From positions 928,001-992,000 of the forward strand of contig OZ219858.1 of assembly GCA_964291395.2 (NCBI GenBank): a stretch of DNA of 64,000 nt. Direction: 5' to 3'. This document shows, piece by piece, positions 33,571 through 43,352 of the stretch. The notes under the pieces are model-generated. The model was not told the origin of the DNA and ran no database searches. It saw only the letters and a list, made by a program, of their open reading frames with translations. The translations under genes were made by a program, and so were the position numbers. Origin of the DNA: Alphaproteobacteria bacterium (GTDB lineage: Bacteria; Pseudomonadota; Alphaproteobacteria; UBA2966). Numbering within the stretch: position 1 is the first letter of the stretch; every line of letters starts with the position of its first letter.

Positions 33571-34413
33571 GTGCCGGCCAACGTCGATCAACTTGAATCC
33601 TCGGAGTCAAGAACGCTGCTTCCGGCTGTCCTCTCGTATCCCGCCATTGATCCGGTTCTCGTGCAGGTCGGACCGTTCGCGGTCCGTTGGTATGCACTGG
33701 CTTACATCGCCGGTTTGTTGCTGGGCTGGCGCTATATCGTCGCCTTGACCCGCCTGCGCGACCCGCCGCTCGAGAAACAAGACGTCGATGACTTCATCGT
33801 CTGGGCGACGCTCGGTGTGATTCTGGGCGGTCGGCTCGGCTATACCCTGATCTACCGCCCCGACTACTACTTGGCGAATCCCGTCGAAATACCGTTCATA
33901 TGGCAGGGCGGGATGTCATTTCATGGCGGCCTGGTCGGAGTGGTCGTGGCGGTTTGGTTGTTCTCCCGGCGCCGCGGGCTCGACACCTTGGGGGTGGGCG
34001 ATCATGTCGCCTGCGCGGCGCCGATCGGATTGTTCTTCGGTAGGATCGCAAACTTCATCAATGCGGAATTGCTCGGGCGGCCCAGTGACGTGGCGTGGGC
34101 GATGGTGTTTCCGGGCGGTGGCGCGGTGCCTCGGCATCCCAGTCAGCTTTATGAGGCCCTGCTCGAGGGTGTCTTGTTGTTCGTCGTTCTGGCGGTACTG
34201 GTCCGAAAAGACTCGATCCGGCTCAAGCGTGGCGCACTGTTCGGCATCTTCCTCGTGGGATACAGCGTCGCGCGCGCCTTCGCCGAGCTCTATCGCGAAC
34301 CCGATTCGCATCTCGGCTTCTTGATATCGGGCATGACGATGGGGCAGTTGCTGTCCGTGCCCGTATTCCTCTTCGGCATTTACCTGCTCGCCCGTGTCAG
34401 GAAATCAGCTTGA
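33571..34413 (+). CDS. lgt: Prolipoprotein diacylglyceryl transferase
   Basis: RWYALAY, GGRLGY, GGMSFHGG, GRIANFIN.EL.GR, RHPSQLYE; start uncertain. Confidence 0.96.
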   Translation: MPANVDQLESSESRTLLPAVLSYPAIDPVLVQVGPFAVRWYALAYIAGLLLGWRYIVALTRLRDPPLEKQDVDDFIVWATLGVILGGRLGYTLIYRPDYYLANPVEIPFIWQGGMSFHGGLVGVVVAVWLFSRRRGLDTLGVGDHVACAAPIGLFFGRIANFINAELLGRPSDVAWAMVFPGGGAVPRHPSQLYEALLEGVLLFVVLAVLVRKDSIRLKRGALFGIFLVGYSVARAFAELYREPDSHLGFLISGMTMGQLLSVPVFLFGIYLLARVRKSA

Positions 34414-35509
34414 CCCCAATGGCGGTCTGGCGGCGGAACTGCGTCGCCGGATCCGGGTCTCCGGGCCTCTGACCGTGGCGGAATATATGGCCGAGGCGCT
34501 CGGGAATCCGCGGTACGGCTACTACAAGATCCGAAACCCGATCGGTGCTGCGGGCGATTTCATCACCGCCCCGGAGGTCAGCCAGATGTTCGGCGAGCTG
34601 ATCGGACTGTGGTGCGCCGACACGTGGCAAAAGTTGGGTGCTCCGAGTCCGGTACGCTGGGTGGAGATCGGACCCGGCCGCGGCACGTTGATGCGCGACG
34701 CCTTCCGGGCAAGCCGGGCCCTGCCGGCGTTCCGCGACAGCGCGGACATACATTTCGTCGAAACCAGCCCGGTCCTCCGCACGTGCCAGAGAGAGGCGCT
34801 TCAAGATGTCGACGTGACATGGCATGACCGCTTTCTCCACGTGCCCGACGGGCCGGTCATCGTGGTGGCCAACGAGCTCTTCGACGCGCTGCCCATCCAC
34901 CAATTCGAGCGGACCTTCCATGGCTGGTACGAACGTCTGGTGGACTTGGACGTAGACGGCGAGGGCTTCCGCTTCGTGTTCGGGCCGGTGACGGCGGCCT
35001 TTTCTCTCGTGTCCGAGGAACTCCGGAACGCGCCGCTCGGCAGCGTGATCGAGGTGAGCCCCGCCTGCATCAATCTGATGCGGGATATCGCGGAACGTGT
35101 GGTTGACAGCCCGGGAGCAGCCCTCATCATCGATTACGGCAGTCTCGAGACCCGGCCCCGGGACACGCTGCAAGCCGTCGTCGCCCACCGAAGTCACGAG
35201 GTGCTCGACTCGCCGGGTAGTGCCGACCTCTGCGCCCATGTCGACTTCGCCGTTCTCGAACAGACGGCGACCGAATGCGGAGCGGAAGTCTGGGGGCCGG
35301 TTCTGCAAGGCGAGTTCCTGGAGTCGCTGGGGATTCGAGTCCGGGCGACACGGCTTAAGGAAACGCTGACACCGGAACGGTCCGGCGAGGTCGACAGTGC
35401 CCTCGAGCGGTTGACCGGACCAGGCCGGATGGGCACCTTGTTCAAGGTGTTGGCGATCGGCTCACCCGGAACGCCGGTTCCCGACGGGCTCGGTGCGAAC
35501 AACCGGTAG
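34394..35509 (+). CDS. MidA/NDUFAF7-family SAM-dependent methyltransferase
   Basis: GDFITAPEVSQMFGE, EIGPGRGTL, ANELFDALP, IDYG, ADL.AHVDF. Confidence 0.92.
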   Translation: MSGNQLDPNGGLAAELRRRIRVSGPLTVAEYMAEALGNPRYGYYKIRNPIGAAGDFITAPEVSQMFGELIGLWCADTWQKLGAPSPVRWVEIGPGRGTLMRDAFRASRALPAFRDSADIHFVETSPVLRTCQREALQDVDVTWHDRFLHVPDGPVIVVANELFDALPIHQFERTFHGWYERLVDLDVDGEGFRFVFGPVTAAFSLVSEELRNAPLGSVIEVSPACINLMRDIAERVVDSPGAALIIDYGSLETRPRDTLQAVVAHRSHEVLDSPGSADLCAHVDFAVLEQTATECGAEVWGPVLQGEFLESLGIRVRATRLKETLTPERSGEVDSALERLTGPGRMGTLFKVLAIGSPGTPVPDGLGANNR

Positions 35510-35515
35510 ACCGGC

Positions 35516-36304
35516 ATGCCACGAGACGCCCTTCCAGCACTTCAATCCGAAAATCTGGCCGATGTCACCGGAATTTCTCATGGTTTTTTCACGCGTCAGG
35601 GTGGGGTCTCGAACGGGATATATACATCGCTGAACTGCGGTTTCGGTTCTTCCGACGATCGCCACGACATCGCGGAGAACAGAGCCCGGATCTCGCGGGT
35701 TCTCGACGTGGATCCGGCGAATCTGAGGACCGTCCATCAGGTTCACGGCAAGAACGTGCGCATCGTCGATGATCGGGGCACCGCCCGAGAGCCTGCCCAG
35801 GCGGATGCGCTGGCGACCAACCTCTCGGGGATTGCGTTGGGAGTCCTGACGGCGGACTGCGCACCCGTTCTCATGGCCGATCCCACTGTCCCCGTGATAG
35901 CCGCCGCCCACGCCGGCTGGCGCGGTGCGCTCGATGGCGTCGTCGAATCGACCGTCGCCGCGATGATCGGGCTGGGAGCGCGCCCTTCGTCGATCATCGC
36001 CGGCATCGGACCATGTATCGGCCCACGGACATATGAGGTGGGCCCGGGATTTCCAGAGCCGTTTGTCGAACGGAATCCCGAGTACCGGCGTTACTTTCAG
36101 GCGGCACCGCGCCCGGACCATTTTCTTTTTGATCTCTCCGGTTTTGTCGAGTCGGCGTTGAACGCTGCAGGTATCGGGACTATCGAGCGTATTGGCGGCG
36201 ACACATTGAGCGAAGAGGGTCGTTTCTTCAGCTATCGGCGCGCTTGCCGCCGGGGAGAACGCGATTACGGCCGGCAGTTGTCGGCGATCGCGCTTCAACA
36301 TTGA
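35516..36304 (+). CDS. pgeF: PgeF/YfiH family (peptidoglycan editing factor / purine nucleoside phosphorylase)
   Basis: HGFFTRQGGVS, QVHG, TADC.PV, AHAGWRG, FFSYRR. Confidence 0.93.
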   Translation: MPRDALPALQSENLADVTGISHGFFTRQGGVSNGIYTSLNCGFGSSDDRHDIAENRARISRVLDVDPANLRTVHQVHGKNVRIVDDRGTAREPAQADALATNLSGIALGVLTADCAPVLMADPTVPVIAAAHAGWRGALDGVVESTVAAMIGLGARPSSIIAGIGPCIGPRTYEVGPGFPEPFVERNPEYRRYFQAAPRPDHFLFDLSGFVESALNAAGIGTIERIGGDTLSEEGRFFSYRRACRRGERDYGRQLSAIALQH

Positions 36305-36546
36305 GGCTAAGTGCCCTGCCGCACCCGTTCCGGCCCGAACGCAAGGTAGAGGTCGACTGAACCGTCATTCATCCCGGTGGGCGTCGCGTCGGTTCGGTGC
36401 GTCAACGAAATTCCGTGGAGGCCGGGCGCCTCGACGGCGCCTGGGGAATGATTGCGACGGTCGCCGCACATGGTGGCGCGGAGGGTGTGGTGTCGCTTTT
36501 GGAGGGGGCTGGGGATCGACTGCGAAACAGGCCGGGCAAACGCTGA
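36301..36546 (+). pseudogene. Remnant of a hypothetical (lipoprotein-like) gene between pgeF and prs
   Basis: One frame from TTG (overlapping the pgeF stop): LRLSALPHPFRPERKVEVD*TVIHPGGRRVGSVRQRNSVEAGRLDGAWGMIATVAAHGGAEGVVSLL...; internal TGA at 36358-36360; family resemblance from memory only. Confidence 0.5.
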
Positions 36547-36734
36547 TTCGTCCGCTGGACGAACGGCTTTCTCGAAAGTGGAACGGTACCTGATCGTACG
36601 TGTTCGGCGCGTTGGGCCCGGCGTTTACACACCGTAACCTCCTTGATAAATTCCGCCGCGGTCACGCTCACAAATCGATTTCACGCAGCAGGACGACAGA
36701 CTGTCCCGGAATTGGAGCCGATGGGGACGACGCT

Positions 36735-37667
36735 ATGAAGATCGTCGCCGGCAACGCCAACCGTCCGCTCGCGGAGGCTATGGCAGCCTATTTGAATCAG
36801 CCGCTGACCAGAGCCGTCATCCGCCGCTTCTCCGATATGGAGGTGTTCGTCGAGATTGAGGAAAACATTCGTGGTGAGGACGTTTTCCTGATCCAGCCGA
36901 CTTCCTATCCGGCAAACGACAACTTGATGGAGCTGCTGGTCTGTCTTGACGCCCTGAAACGGGCATCGGCACGCCGAATCACGGCCGTCGTGCCGTACTA
37001 TGGCTATGCCCGGCAGGACCGCAAATCTGGCCCCCGCACACCCATTTCGGCCAAGCTCGTGGCCAATCTGATCACGACCGCCGGCGCTGATCGGGTCGTC
37101 ACGCTCGACCTTCACGCCGGCCAGATTCAGGGATTCTTCGATATTCCGGTGGATAACTTGTTCGCCGCACCGGTGTTCTCGGAAGATATCGAGGAGCACT
37201 ACGACGGTGAGGACCTGATGTTCGTGTCACCCGATGTCGGCGGTGTGTTGCGCGCGCGCGCGTTGGCCAGACGACTTGACGCCGGACTTGCCATCATAGA
37301 TAAGCGGCGCGAACGAGCGGGCGTTTCCGAAGTGATGAACATCATAGGCGACGTATCCGACTGTCGGTGTGTGATCGTCGACGACATCGTGGATTCGGCC
37401 GGTACCCTGTGCAGTGCGGCCGACGCGTTGATGGAAGCGGGCGCCAAGTCAGTCACGGCATACGTAACCCATGGCGTGCTGTCCGGCGGCGCCGTGGCGC
37501 GGGTCACGGGTTCCTCTCTGGAGGCGCTGGTTACGACCGACAGCATATTGGCGACGGAAGCGGTGCGTGTGGCACGGAACATTCGGCGTATTTCGATCGC
37601 CCCGCTGATGGCGGAATCCATGTCGCGAATCAGTGAGGAGCGTTCCGTCTCGTCGTTGTTCGATTGA
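36735..37667 (+). CDS. prs: Ribose-phosphate pyrophosphokinase
   Basis: [38 protein letters not shown]. Confidence 0.98.
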   Translation: MKIVAGNANRPLAEAMAAYLNQPLTRAVIRRFSDMEVFVEIEENIRGEDVFLIQPTSYPANDNLMELLVCLDALKRASARRITAVVPYYGYARQDRKSGPRTPISAKLVANLITTAGADRVVTLDLHAGQIQGFFDIPVDNLFAAPVFSEDIEEHYDGEDLMFVSPDVGGVLRARALARRLDAGLAIIDKRRERAGVSEVMNIIGDVSDCRCVIVDDIVDSAGTLCSAADALMEAGAKSVTAYVTHGVLSGGAVARVTGSSLEALVTTDSILATEAVRVARNIRRISIAPLMAESMSRISEERSVSSLFD

Positions 37668-37727
37668 CGGGTTGGTGGAGGTCGCTCTCTTGCGGCTGCG
37701 GATGGAGCACCGCGAAAGGAGTACGAA

Positions 37728-38450
37728 ATGTCTGATGCTGACGTGATTTCGGCGCAAAGCCGCACTGACTTTGGTCGTGGCGCTTCACGGGCCGCACGTA
37801 GGTCCGGACGCGTTCCCGGCGTGGTCTACGGCGCTGGAAAGGACACGATCTCGATATCGCTCGATCGCCGCCAGCTGGATCGCGAAATGGGGCGCGGCGG
37901 CTTCTATACGCGCCTGTACAGTCTCCGGCTCGACGATCAATCCGAACAGGTGCTGGCACGTGAGGTTCAACTCCACCCGGTCACGGACGTGCCGATGCAC
38001 GTGGATTTCCTCCGCCTGTCCCAGGACTCCACGATACGACTGCAGATTCCCGTGCATTTCGGGAACGAAGAGGAGTCACCGGGCCTCAAACGCGGTGGGG
38101 TGCTGAACGTGGTACGCCACGAGGTCGAGGTCAACTGTCGAGCGGACGCGATCCCGGAAAGCTTCACCGCGGATCTCACGGGCCTCGACATTGGCGACGC
38201 GGTGCGTATCAGCGATATCCGGTTGCCCGAAGGCGTCGAACCCGTGATTACGGATCGTGACTTCACGATTGCGACCGTCACCGCGTCGAGCGCGGCCATC
38301 GAGGAGGCCGCCGCCGAGGCCGAGGCGGCTGAATTGGCTCTGCTGGAAGGCGAGGAGGGAGAAAGGGCCGTCGAAGGTGAAGCCGTCGAGACGGCAGAAG
38401 GCGACGTCCCGGCCGAAGCGGCGGCTTCGGAGGGCTCCGAGGAGGGATAG
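37728..38450 (+). CDS. rplY: 50S ribosomal protein L25/Ctc
   Basis: GRVPGVVYG, QLHPV...HVDF, SPGLKRGG, acidic tail. Confidence 0.96.
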   Translation: MSDADVISAQSRTDFGRGASRAARRSGRVPGVVYGAGKDTISISLDRRQLDREMGRGGFYTRLYSLRLDDQSEQVLAREVQLHPVTDVPMHVDFLRLSQDSTIRLQIPVHFGNEEESPGLKRGGVLNVVRHEVEVNCRADAIPESFTADLTGLDIGDAVRISDIRLPEGVEPVITDRDFTIATVTASSAAIEEAAAEAEAAELALLEGEEGERAVEGEAVETAEGDVPAEAAASEGSEEG

Positions 38451-38459
38451 CTTCCCGCC

Positions 38460-39074
38460 ATGTTGCTCATCGTCGGTTTGGGCAATCCCGGAGAGCGGCA
38501 CAAGAAGAATCGGCACAATATCGGTTGGATGGCCATCGACGCGATCGCCGCGGGCCATGGTTTCGGATCGGAACGCCGGCGCTTCCATGGTCTGGTTTCC
38601 GAAGGCCGGTTGGCGGGTCGCCGGGCCACGACCCTCAAACCGACGACATCCATGAACGTATCGGGACAGGCGGTCGGCGCGGCCATGCGCTATCACCGGC
38701 TGGCGCCGCGGGATGTGGTCGTATTCCACGACGAGCTCGACCTGATTCCCGGCAAGGTGCGGGTCAAACAGGGCGGCGGCAACGCGGGTCACCGGGGATT
38801 GATCAGCATCGACGCCCATATCGGCAAGGACTACCGCCGGGTCCGCCTCGGCATCGGACACCCGGGGAGCAAGAGCCGCGTCAACCGCCACGTGTTGGGC
38901 GATTTCGGCAAGTCGGATCTCCCATGGCGCGCCGCGTTGCTGGAAGCCATCGTGGAGGCCGTGCCCATGCTGGCCGCGGGCGACGATGCCGGATTTCAAA
39001 ACAGGGTGGCAGCGCTCGCGCCACCGCCGAGACCCGAGGCTGCGTCGACGAACGCCGTCAAAACCGATCACTGA
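38460..39074 (+). CDS. pth: Peptidyl-tRNA hydrolase
   Basis: GLGNPG, RHNIG, KPTT.MN.SG, HDELD, GHRGL, RVRLGIGHP. Confidence 0.96.
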   Translation: MLLIVGLGNPGERHKKNRHNIGWMAIDAIAAGHGFGSERRRFHGLVSEGRLAGRRATTLKPTTSMNVSGQAVGAAMRYHRLAPRDVVVFHDELDLIPGKVRVKQGGGNAGHRGLISIDAHIGKDYRRVRLGIGHPGSKSRVNRHVLGDFGKSDLPWRAALLEAIVEAVPMLAAGDDAGFQNRVAALAPPPRPEAASTNAVKTDH

Positions 39075-39088
39075 CCCCCGGAGGCGAT

Positions 39089-39526
39089 ATGGCAGGTGTC
39101 TGGTACGACGACTACGATGTCGGTCACGTGTTCGAGTACGGCGAAGTCACCGTGGTCAAGGAAGAGATCATCGGGTTCGCCCGGAAATATGATCCGCAGC
39201 CCTTCCACGTCGACGAGGAAGCCGCAGCCGCCGGCGTGTACGGCGGCATCATCGCAAGCGGTTGGCACACGGTATGCCTCTGCATGCGCCTCATCGTGGA
39301 CAACATGATGGGTTCTGAGTCGGGCAGCATCGGCTCTCCCGGCCTAAGCGAGGTGAGCTGGCCGAAACCGGTGCGTCCGGGCGACACCCTCAGGTTGCGT
39401 GGGGAAATACTCGAGAAGATCCCGTCCAAGAGCAAACCGGACCGTGGTTTTTGGCGCGTACGTTTCGCGGCCCTCAACCAGGATGATGAGGAAGTGGCCG
39501 TCATGGTGCCGCTGCAGTATTTTTGA
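39089..39526 (+). CDS. MaoC-family dehydratase (possibly frameshift-truncated at the C-terminus)
   Basis: FARKYDPQPFH, IASGWHT, GSPG, PVRPGD; GGAGG RBS. Confidence 0.85.
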   Translation: MAGVWYDDYDVGHVFEYGEVTVVKEEIIGFARKYDPQPFHVDEEAAAAGVYGGIIASGWHTVCLCMRLIVDNMMGSESGSIGSPGLSEVSWPKPVRPGDTLRLRGEILEKIPSKSKPDRGFWRVRFAALNQDDEEVAVMVPLQYF

Positions 39527-39645
39527 AACGACCGGACGCGCCCGCGGAGTCCTCGGCCGGAAATTGACGGTCCCGACACCGCCTATGTTATAGATTCGGA
39601 CCGGCGTCAGATTTGTCCATTGCCTCAATAGGGAGAGAAGGATCG

Positions 39646-40316
39646 ATGGGATCGACGACGACGCTCACCGCGGAGGACGGCCATGAATTCGCCGCCTACG
39701 AGGCGGTACGGGATGGTCCGGTCAAGGGACGTCTCGTCGTCGTCCAGGAGGCGTTCGGGCTCAACAGTCACATCCGTGACGTGTGTGATCGATTGGCCGA
39801 CGAAGGTTATGCCGCGGTTGCGCCGGCGATGTACGACCGTGATGGGCGCGGAATCGAATTGGGTTACTCTGAAGGAGAGGTTCAGGAGGCCCGGGCGATC
39901 ATGGCGCGCATCCCTTGGGACGCCGCCATGCTCGACGTTCAGGCCGCATATGACTTCCTGGCCGGAAATGGTCCCGTCGGCATAACGGGGTTCTGCTGGG
40001 GTGGATCGGTGGCTTGGCTCGCCGCGTGCCGTTTGGATTTCGCCTGTGCCGTTCCGTACTACGGAGGAAGAATCATCGACTTTGTCGCGGAAAAGCCCAC
40101 CTGCCCCACGATGTGCCACTTCGGTGAGCTGGATGCGACGATCCCCATGGACGACGTCAACGAGATCATCGCCTGTCATCCCAGCGTCACGGTGCACGTC
40201 TATCCGATGCCGGGCACGGTTTTCATTGCGACCAGCGCGCCCATTATCACGAGGAAAGCGCTCGACTCGCCTGGAGTCGCACGATGGCGTTCTTCGAACA
40301 CCACCTTTCCGAGTAG
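39646..40316 (+). pseudogene. Dienelactone hydrolase family protein with a 1-nt frameshift near 40205
   Basis: QEAFG and GFCWGG in the starting frame; AGHGFHCDQR...AWSRTMAFFEHHLSE* in the shifted frame; the 671-nt span is one base short of 224 codons. Confidence 0.85.
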
Positions 40317-40478
40317 CGGCCGGCGGATCTCCGAGTCTCGCACCGCCGCCGCCGGCGGAGCCTTGAAGCCCGCACGGTCATTGAATCGTTCTCGAGCCCG
40401 GCGTCGCCCGCTCCAGGTTCTTTCATGTCTTCTTTCGCCTTCGTCCATCCGTCCATCAGGTGTCCTCTTGGGGCGTCT

Positions 40479-40769
40479 TCACAAGTGGCGTAGCGCATCC
40501 ATGCCGACATGCAGGATGCGGATGATCAGAACGCCTTCCTCCTCCTCCGCATAAAAGATCGTATGTGACCGGTGCTCGAAGCGCCTCAGGCCCGGAACGA
40601 GCTGCGACGCGTCGCGGCCCAATCTCGGGTTTCCCGCGAGACTTTCGAAACACGCCTCCAACTCGTCCCGATACCGGCGCGCCTGCTCGACGCCAAAGGC
40701 CTCGATGGTGTAATCCGCGATTCCCGCGAGGTCGACGCCGGCGCGGGACGTGAGGCGGTACTCAGCCAT
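40479..40769 (-). CDS. parE: ParE/RelE-family toxin
   Basis: YRLT..A..DL..I..YT...FG..QA..Y...HTIFY...IIRILH..MD. Confidence 0.9.
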   Translation of the reverse strand: MAEYRLTSRAGVDLAGIADYTIEAFGVEQARRYRDELEACFESLAGNPRLGRDASQLVPGLRRFEHRSHTIFYAEEEEGVLIIRILHVGMDALRHL

Positions 40770-41016
40770 GCCTCGCTGTGTGGCGTTCCTCAGCCTCCGC
40801 CCAGATCTCTTTTACTGTCGCATCGCTCGCGCCGCTCTCCAGACCTTCCCGGATCTCCTCCTCCAGGATCCGGAGTTGCGTGCTCCTTTCCTGGTCCCGA
40901 CGGATCAGATCGCGGAGGTATTCGCTGTCGTTTCCGTAGTCGCCGCTTGCGATCCGCGACCTGATCCATTGCTCCTGCTTGTCGGTCACCGTGATGCTCT
41001 TGCGTACCAGTGCCAT
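40762..41016 (-). CDS. parD: ParD-family RHH antitoxin
   Basis: RKSITVT..Q..WI...IASGDYGNDSEYLRDLIR..IREGLESG; overlaps the toxin start. Confidence 0.9.
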   Translation of the reverse strand: MALVRKSITVTDKQEQWIRSRIASGDYGNDSEYLRDLIRRDQERSTQLRILEEEIREGLESGASDATVKEIWAEAEERHTARHG

Positions 41017-41049
41017 CTTGTTTCCCAACCGGTAATAGGAATATATGTG

Positions 41050-41059
41050 ATGATATCAT
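41050..41059. promoter_or_regulatory. Palindrome in the AT-rich parD leader (candidate auto-operator)
   Basis: ATGATATCAT perfect palindrome about 35 nt upstream of the parD start. Confidence 0.4.
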
Positions 41060-41275
41060 ACACTCTCCTATCACTCCATGTAGACGGAACAGGCTGCCTG
41101 GGCGGTGATATCCATCAATCCGTCCAAAATTGGCGTTCTTCGAACACCACCTTTCCGAATAGCGGCCGGCCGATCGCCGAATCTCGGAGCGGGTGGGGCC
41201 GTCCATGGCGGCGGGACCTCCAGGTCCGTGCGGCCCTTGCCCTGCTTTCAAGCCCGACGGCGTTTCGGCGTGGGA

Positions 41276-43339
41276 TCAGCGCAGCGCCGCCTCGATATTT
41301 CCGCCGTCCACCGTCAACACCGCTGCCGTCGTCTTGCGGGAAAGGGCGAGGTCGACGAAGGCTTTGGCGACGTCCTCCGCCTTGACTTCGCGTTTCAGGA
41401 GATTCCCGCTCCCGAGGTACTGCTCCACCGTGAGGCCGCGCGCCGCGGCCCGTTCCTCGAGCAATCCGCCTTTGAAGAGCCGGGTGTGAACGCGGTCGGC
41501 GTTCACGACGTTGGAGCGGATTCCCTGCTCGCCGTACTCGAGGGCGTATTGCCGGGCGAGAGAGAGCGTTGCCGCCTTGGGGAGGCCGTAGGGCCCGAAG
41601 TCCCTTCCCGGATTCACCGCTTGTTTGGAGGCATTGAACAACAGTACGCCACCCGTTCCCTGGGCGGCCATCACACGAACGGCGTTCTGGGCCACCGTCT
41701 GGTGAGCGAAAAAGTTGAGCTCGAAGCTCTGCCTCAGAATACGGTTGGAGACGTTCCCGATCCGCCCCTGCCACGCCGCGCCCGCGTTGGACACCACGAT
41801 GTCGAGACCGCCGAACAGCCGGCAGATTCTATCGAAGGCGCGGCGCACCGAGCGGCGATCGGTGACATCGCATGTGATCCCGATGGCGCTTTCACCGATG
41901 GCCCTGGCGACGGCTTCCGCGGATGACCCATCCCGGTCGAGGACCGCGACGGCGGCACCGTGCGCCGCGAACTCTCTGGCGGTCGCCGCCCCGATCCCGG
42001 AACCGCCCCCCGTGACCAGCGCGACCTGCCGCGAAAAGGGCGGTTCCGCCCCCTTTCCGAGCTTTGCCTGCTCCAGAGACCAGTACTCGATATCGAAGAC
42101 GTCGGCCTCGCCCACCGGCTGATAGCGGCCGATCGCTTCGGCATCGGTGATAACCTCGATGGTGTTCTCCGCGATGTCGGCCGCGATGCCCGCATCGCTC
42201 ACCGACTTGCCGGCGCCGAACAGGCCGAGCCCGGGGACGAGGACCACGCGCGGATAAGGGTCGAGTTCGACCTTGGCCGGCTCCCGCATACCATTGTGAC
42301 GCCCGAAGTAGGCATGATAGCGCCGCACGTACCGCGCAACCCGTTTCCTCGTTTCCCGCTTGAAGGCCGTGAGATCGCCCGACGTGGGCACCGGCACGAC
42401 CAGGGGCCAATTCTTCGTGCGGATTGCGTGATCGGGTGTCACCACCCCGACTTGGCTGTAACGAGCAAGATCCTCTCCATCGACGTAGGTCCGGATGCGC
42501 TTGTCCGTGCGGAAGTCGAGGATGGTGCGGCGCCACTCCGCCTCCACACCGTTCACCGGCTCGGCGAGGAGACCGCGGATGATGGGACCGACTTCGGAGG
42601 CCCGCGCGACTCGGGGCGGTACGCGTGATGGCTTGAACCGCTCGCGGCGGTCCCGGCGAAGGCGGGCTTCCGCCAGCGACACCAGATCGATCATTCGCTC
42701 ATAGGCCTCGCGCGCGGTGTCTCCGAACGTGAAAATTCCGTGTTTGAGAAGGATCAGACCTTCGACGCCAGCGTTCGCGTCGTGGATCCCGGCCGCCGTT
42801 CTGGCCAGGGCGAAGCCGGGCATGACGTAGGGCACGAGCGCGACGCGTCCGCCGAATACCTCGCGGCAGAGCGCGGCGCCGTCGGGTTGGTCGGTCACCG
42901 CGAGCACGGCGGTCGAATGGGTATGATCGACGTACTTGTGCGGCAGGAACGCGTGCAGCAGCGTCTCCACCGACGGGCTGGGCGACGTCGAGTCGAGGAG
43001 GCACCCGCGCTGGAAATTGACCATCTCCTCGTCGGAAAGCGAGTCGAGATGCCGCAACCTGAGCAGTTCGGCGATCCGCAGCGCGGGAAGGCCGCGGGGC
43101 TCGATGCCTCCCATGTCCCAACCGCTACCCTTGACGCACAACACGTCGACGCGCTCGCCGAGAGAATCCCGCATGGTCGTCTTGACCGACGTATTGCCCC
43201 CGCCGTGCAGTACGAGCGCGGGGTCCCGTCCGAGCAGGCGCGTCGTATACACGCGCAGCGCCAGATCCCGGTTCACCCCTCTGCGCTTGTACGCCCGGAC
43301 CAGTCGTTCGGCCTCTCGAGAGCGCCATCGGCTCTTCAT
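41276..43339 (-). CDS. Bifunctional class II aldolase / short-chain dehydrogenase
   Basis: GGGNTSVK, PSVETLLH, HTH, HG aldolase motifs; TGGGSGIG, SNAG and YGLPK SDR motifs. Confidence 0.9.
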   Translation of the reverse strand: MKSRWRSREAERLVRAYKRRGVNRDLALRVYTTRLLGRDPALVLHGGGNTSVKTTMRDSLGERVDVLCVKGSGWDMGGIEPRGLPALRIAELLRLRHLDSLSDEEMVNFQRGCLLDSTSPSPSVETLLHAFLPHKYVDHTHSTAVLAVTDQPDGAALCREVFGGRVALVPYVMPGFALARTAAGIHDANAGVEGLILLKHGIFTFGDTAREAYERMIDLVSLAEARLRRDRRERFKPSRVPPRVARASEVGPIIRGLLAEPVNGVEAEWRRTILDFRTDKRIRTYVDGEDLARYSQVGVVTPDHAIRTKNWPLVVPVPTSGDLTAFKRETRKRVARYVRRYHAYFGRHNGMREPAKVELDPYPRVVLVPGLGLFGAGKSVSDAGIAADIAENTIEVITDAEAIGRYQPVGEADVFDIEYWSLEQAKLGKGAEPPFSRQVALVTGGGSGIGAATAREFAAHGAAVAVLDRDGSSAEAVARAIGESAIGITCDVTDRRSVRRAFDRICRLFGGLDIVVSNAGAAWQGRIGNVSNRILRQSFELNFFAHQTVAQNAVRVMAAQGTGGVLLFNASKQAVNPGRDFGPYGLPKAATLSLARQYALEYGEQGIRSNVVNADRVHTRLFKGGLLEERAAARGLTVEQYLGSGNLLKREVKAEDVAKAFVDLALSRKTTAAVLTVDGGNIEAALR

Positions 43340-43352
43340 GCGCGCGCGTCCC

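Larger units (their letters stand above)
40285..41186. mobile_element. 846-bp toxin-antitoxin islet bounded by 56-bp direct repeats
   Basis: 40285-40340 vs 41131-41186: 52/56 identical, first 28 nt identical; the repeat contains the hydrolase 3' end and stop codon. Confidence 0.75.

Noticed and set aside
36358-36360. In-frame TGA as a second selenocysteine codon
   Set aside because: No redox-Cys context and no convincing hairpin; better explained as a TGG>TGA nonsense change in a relic.
40285-40340. tRNA or tmRNA as the integration target of the TA islet
   Set aside because: The repeat is protein-coding sequence plus 3' flank; no cloverleaf or CCA end.
40206-40554. Extended C-terminus of the 313-aa ORF 39613-40554
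   Set aside because: Out-of-frame read-through after the frameshift; the family-like C-terminus ends at 40316.
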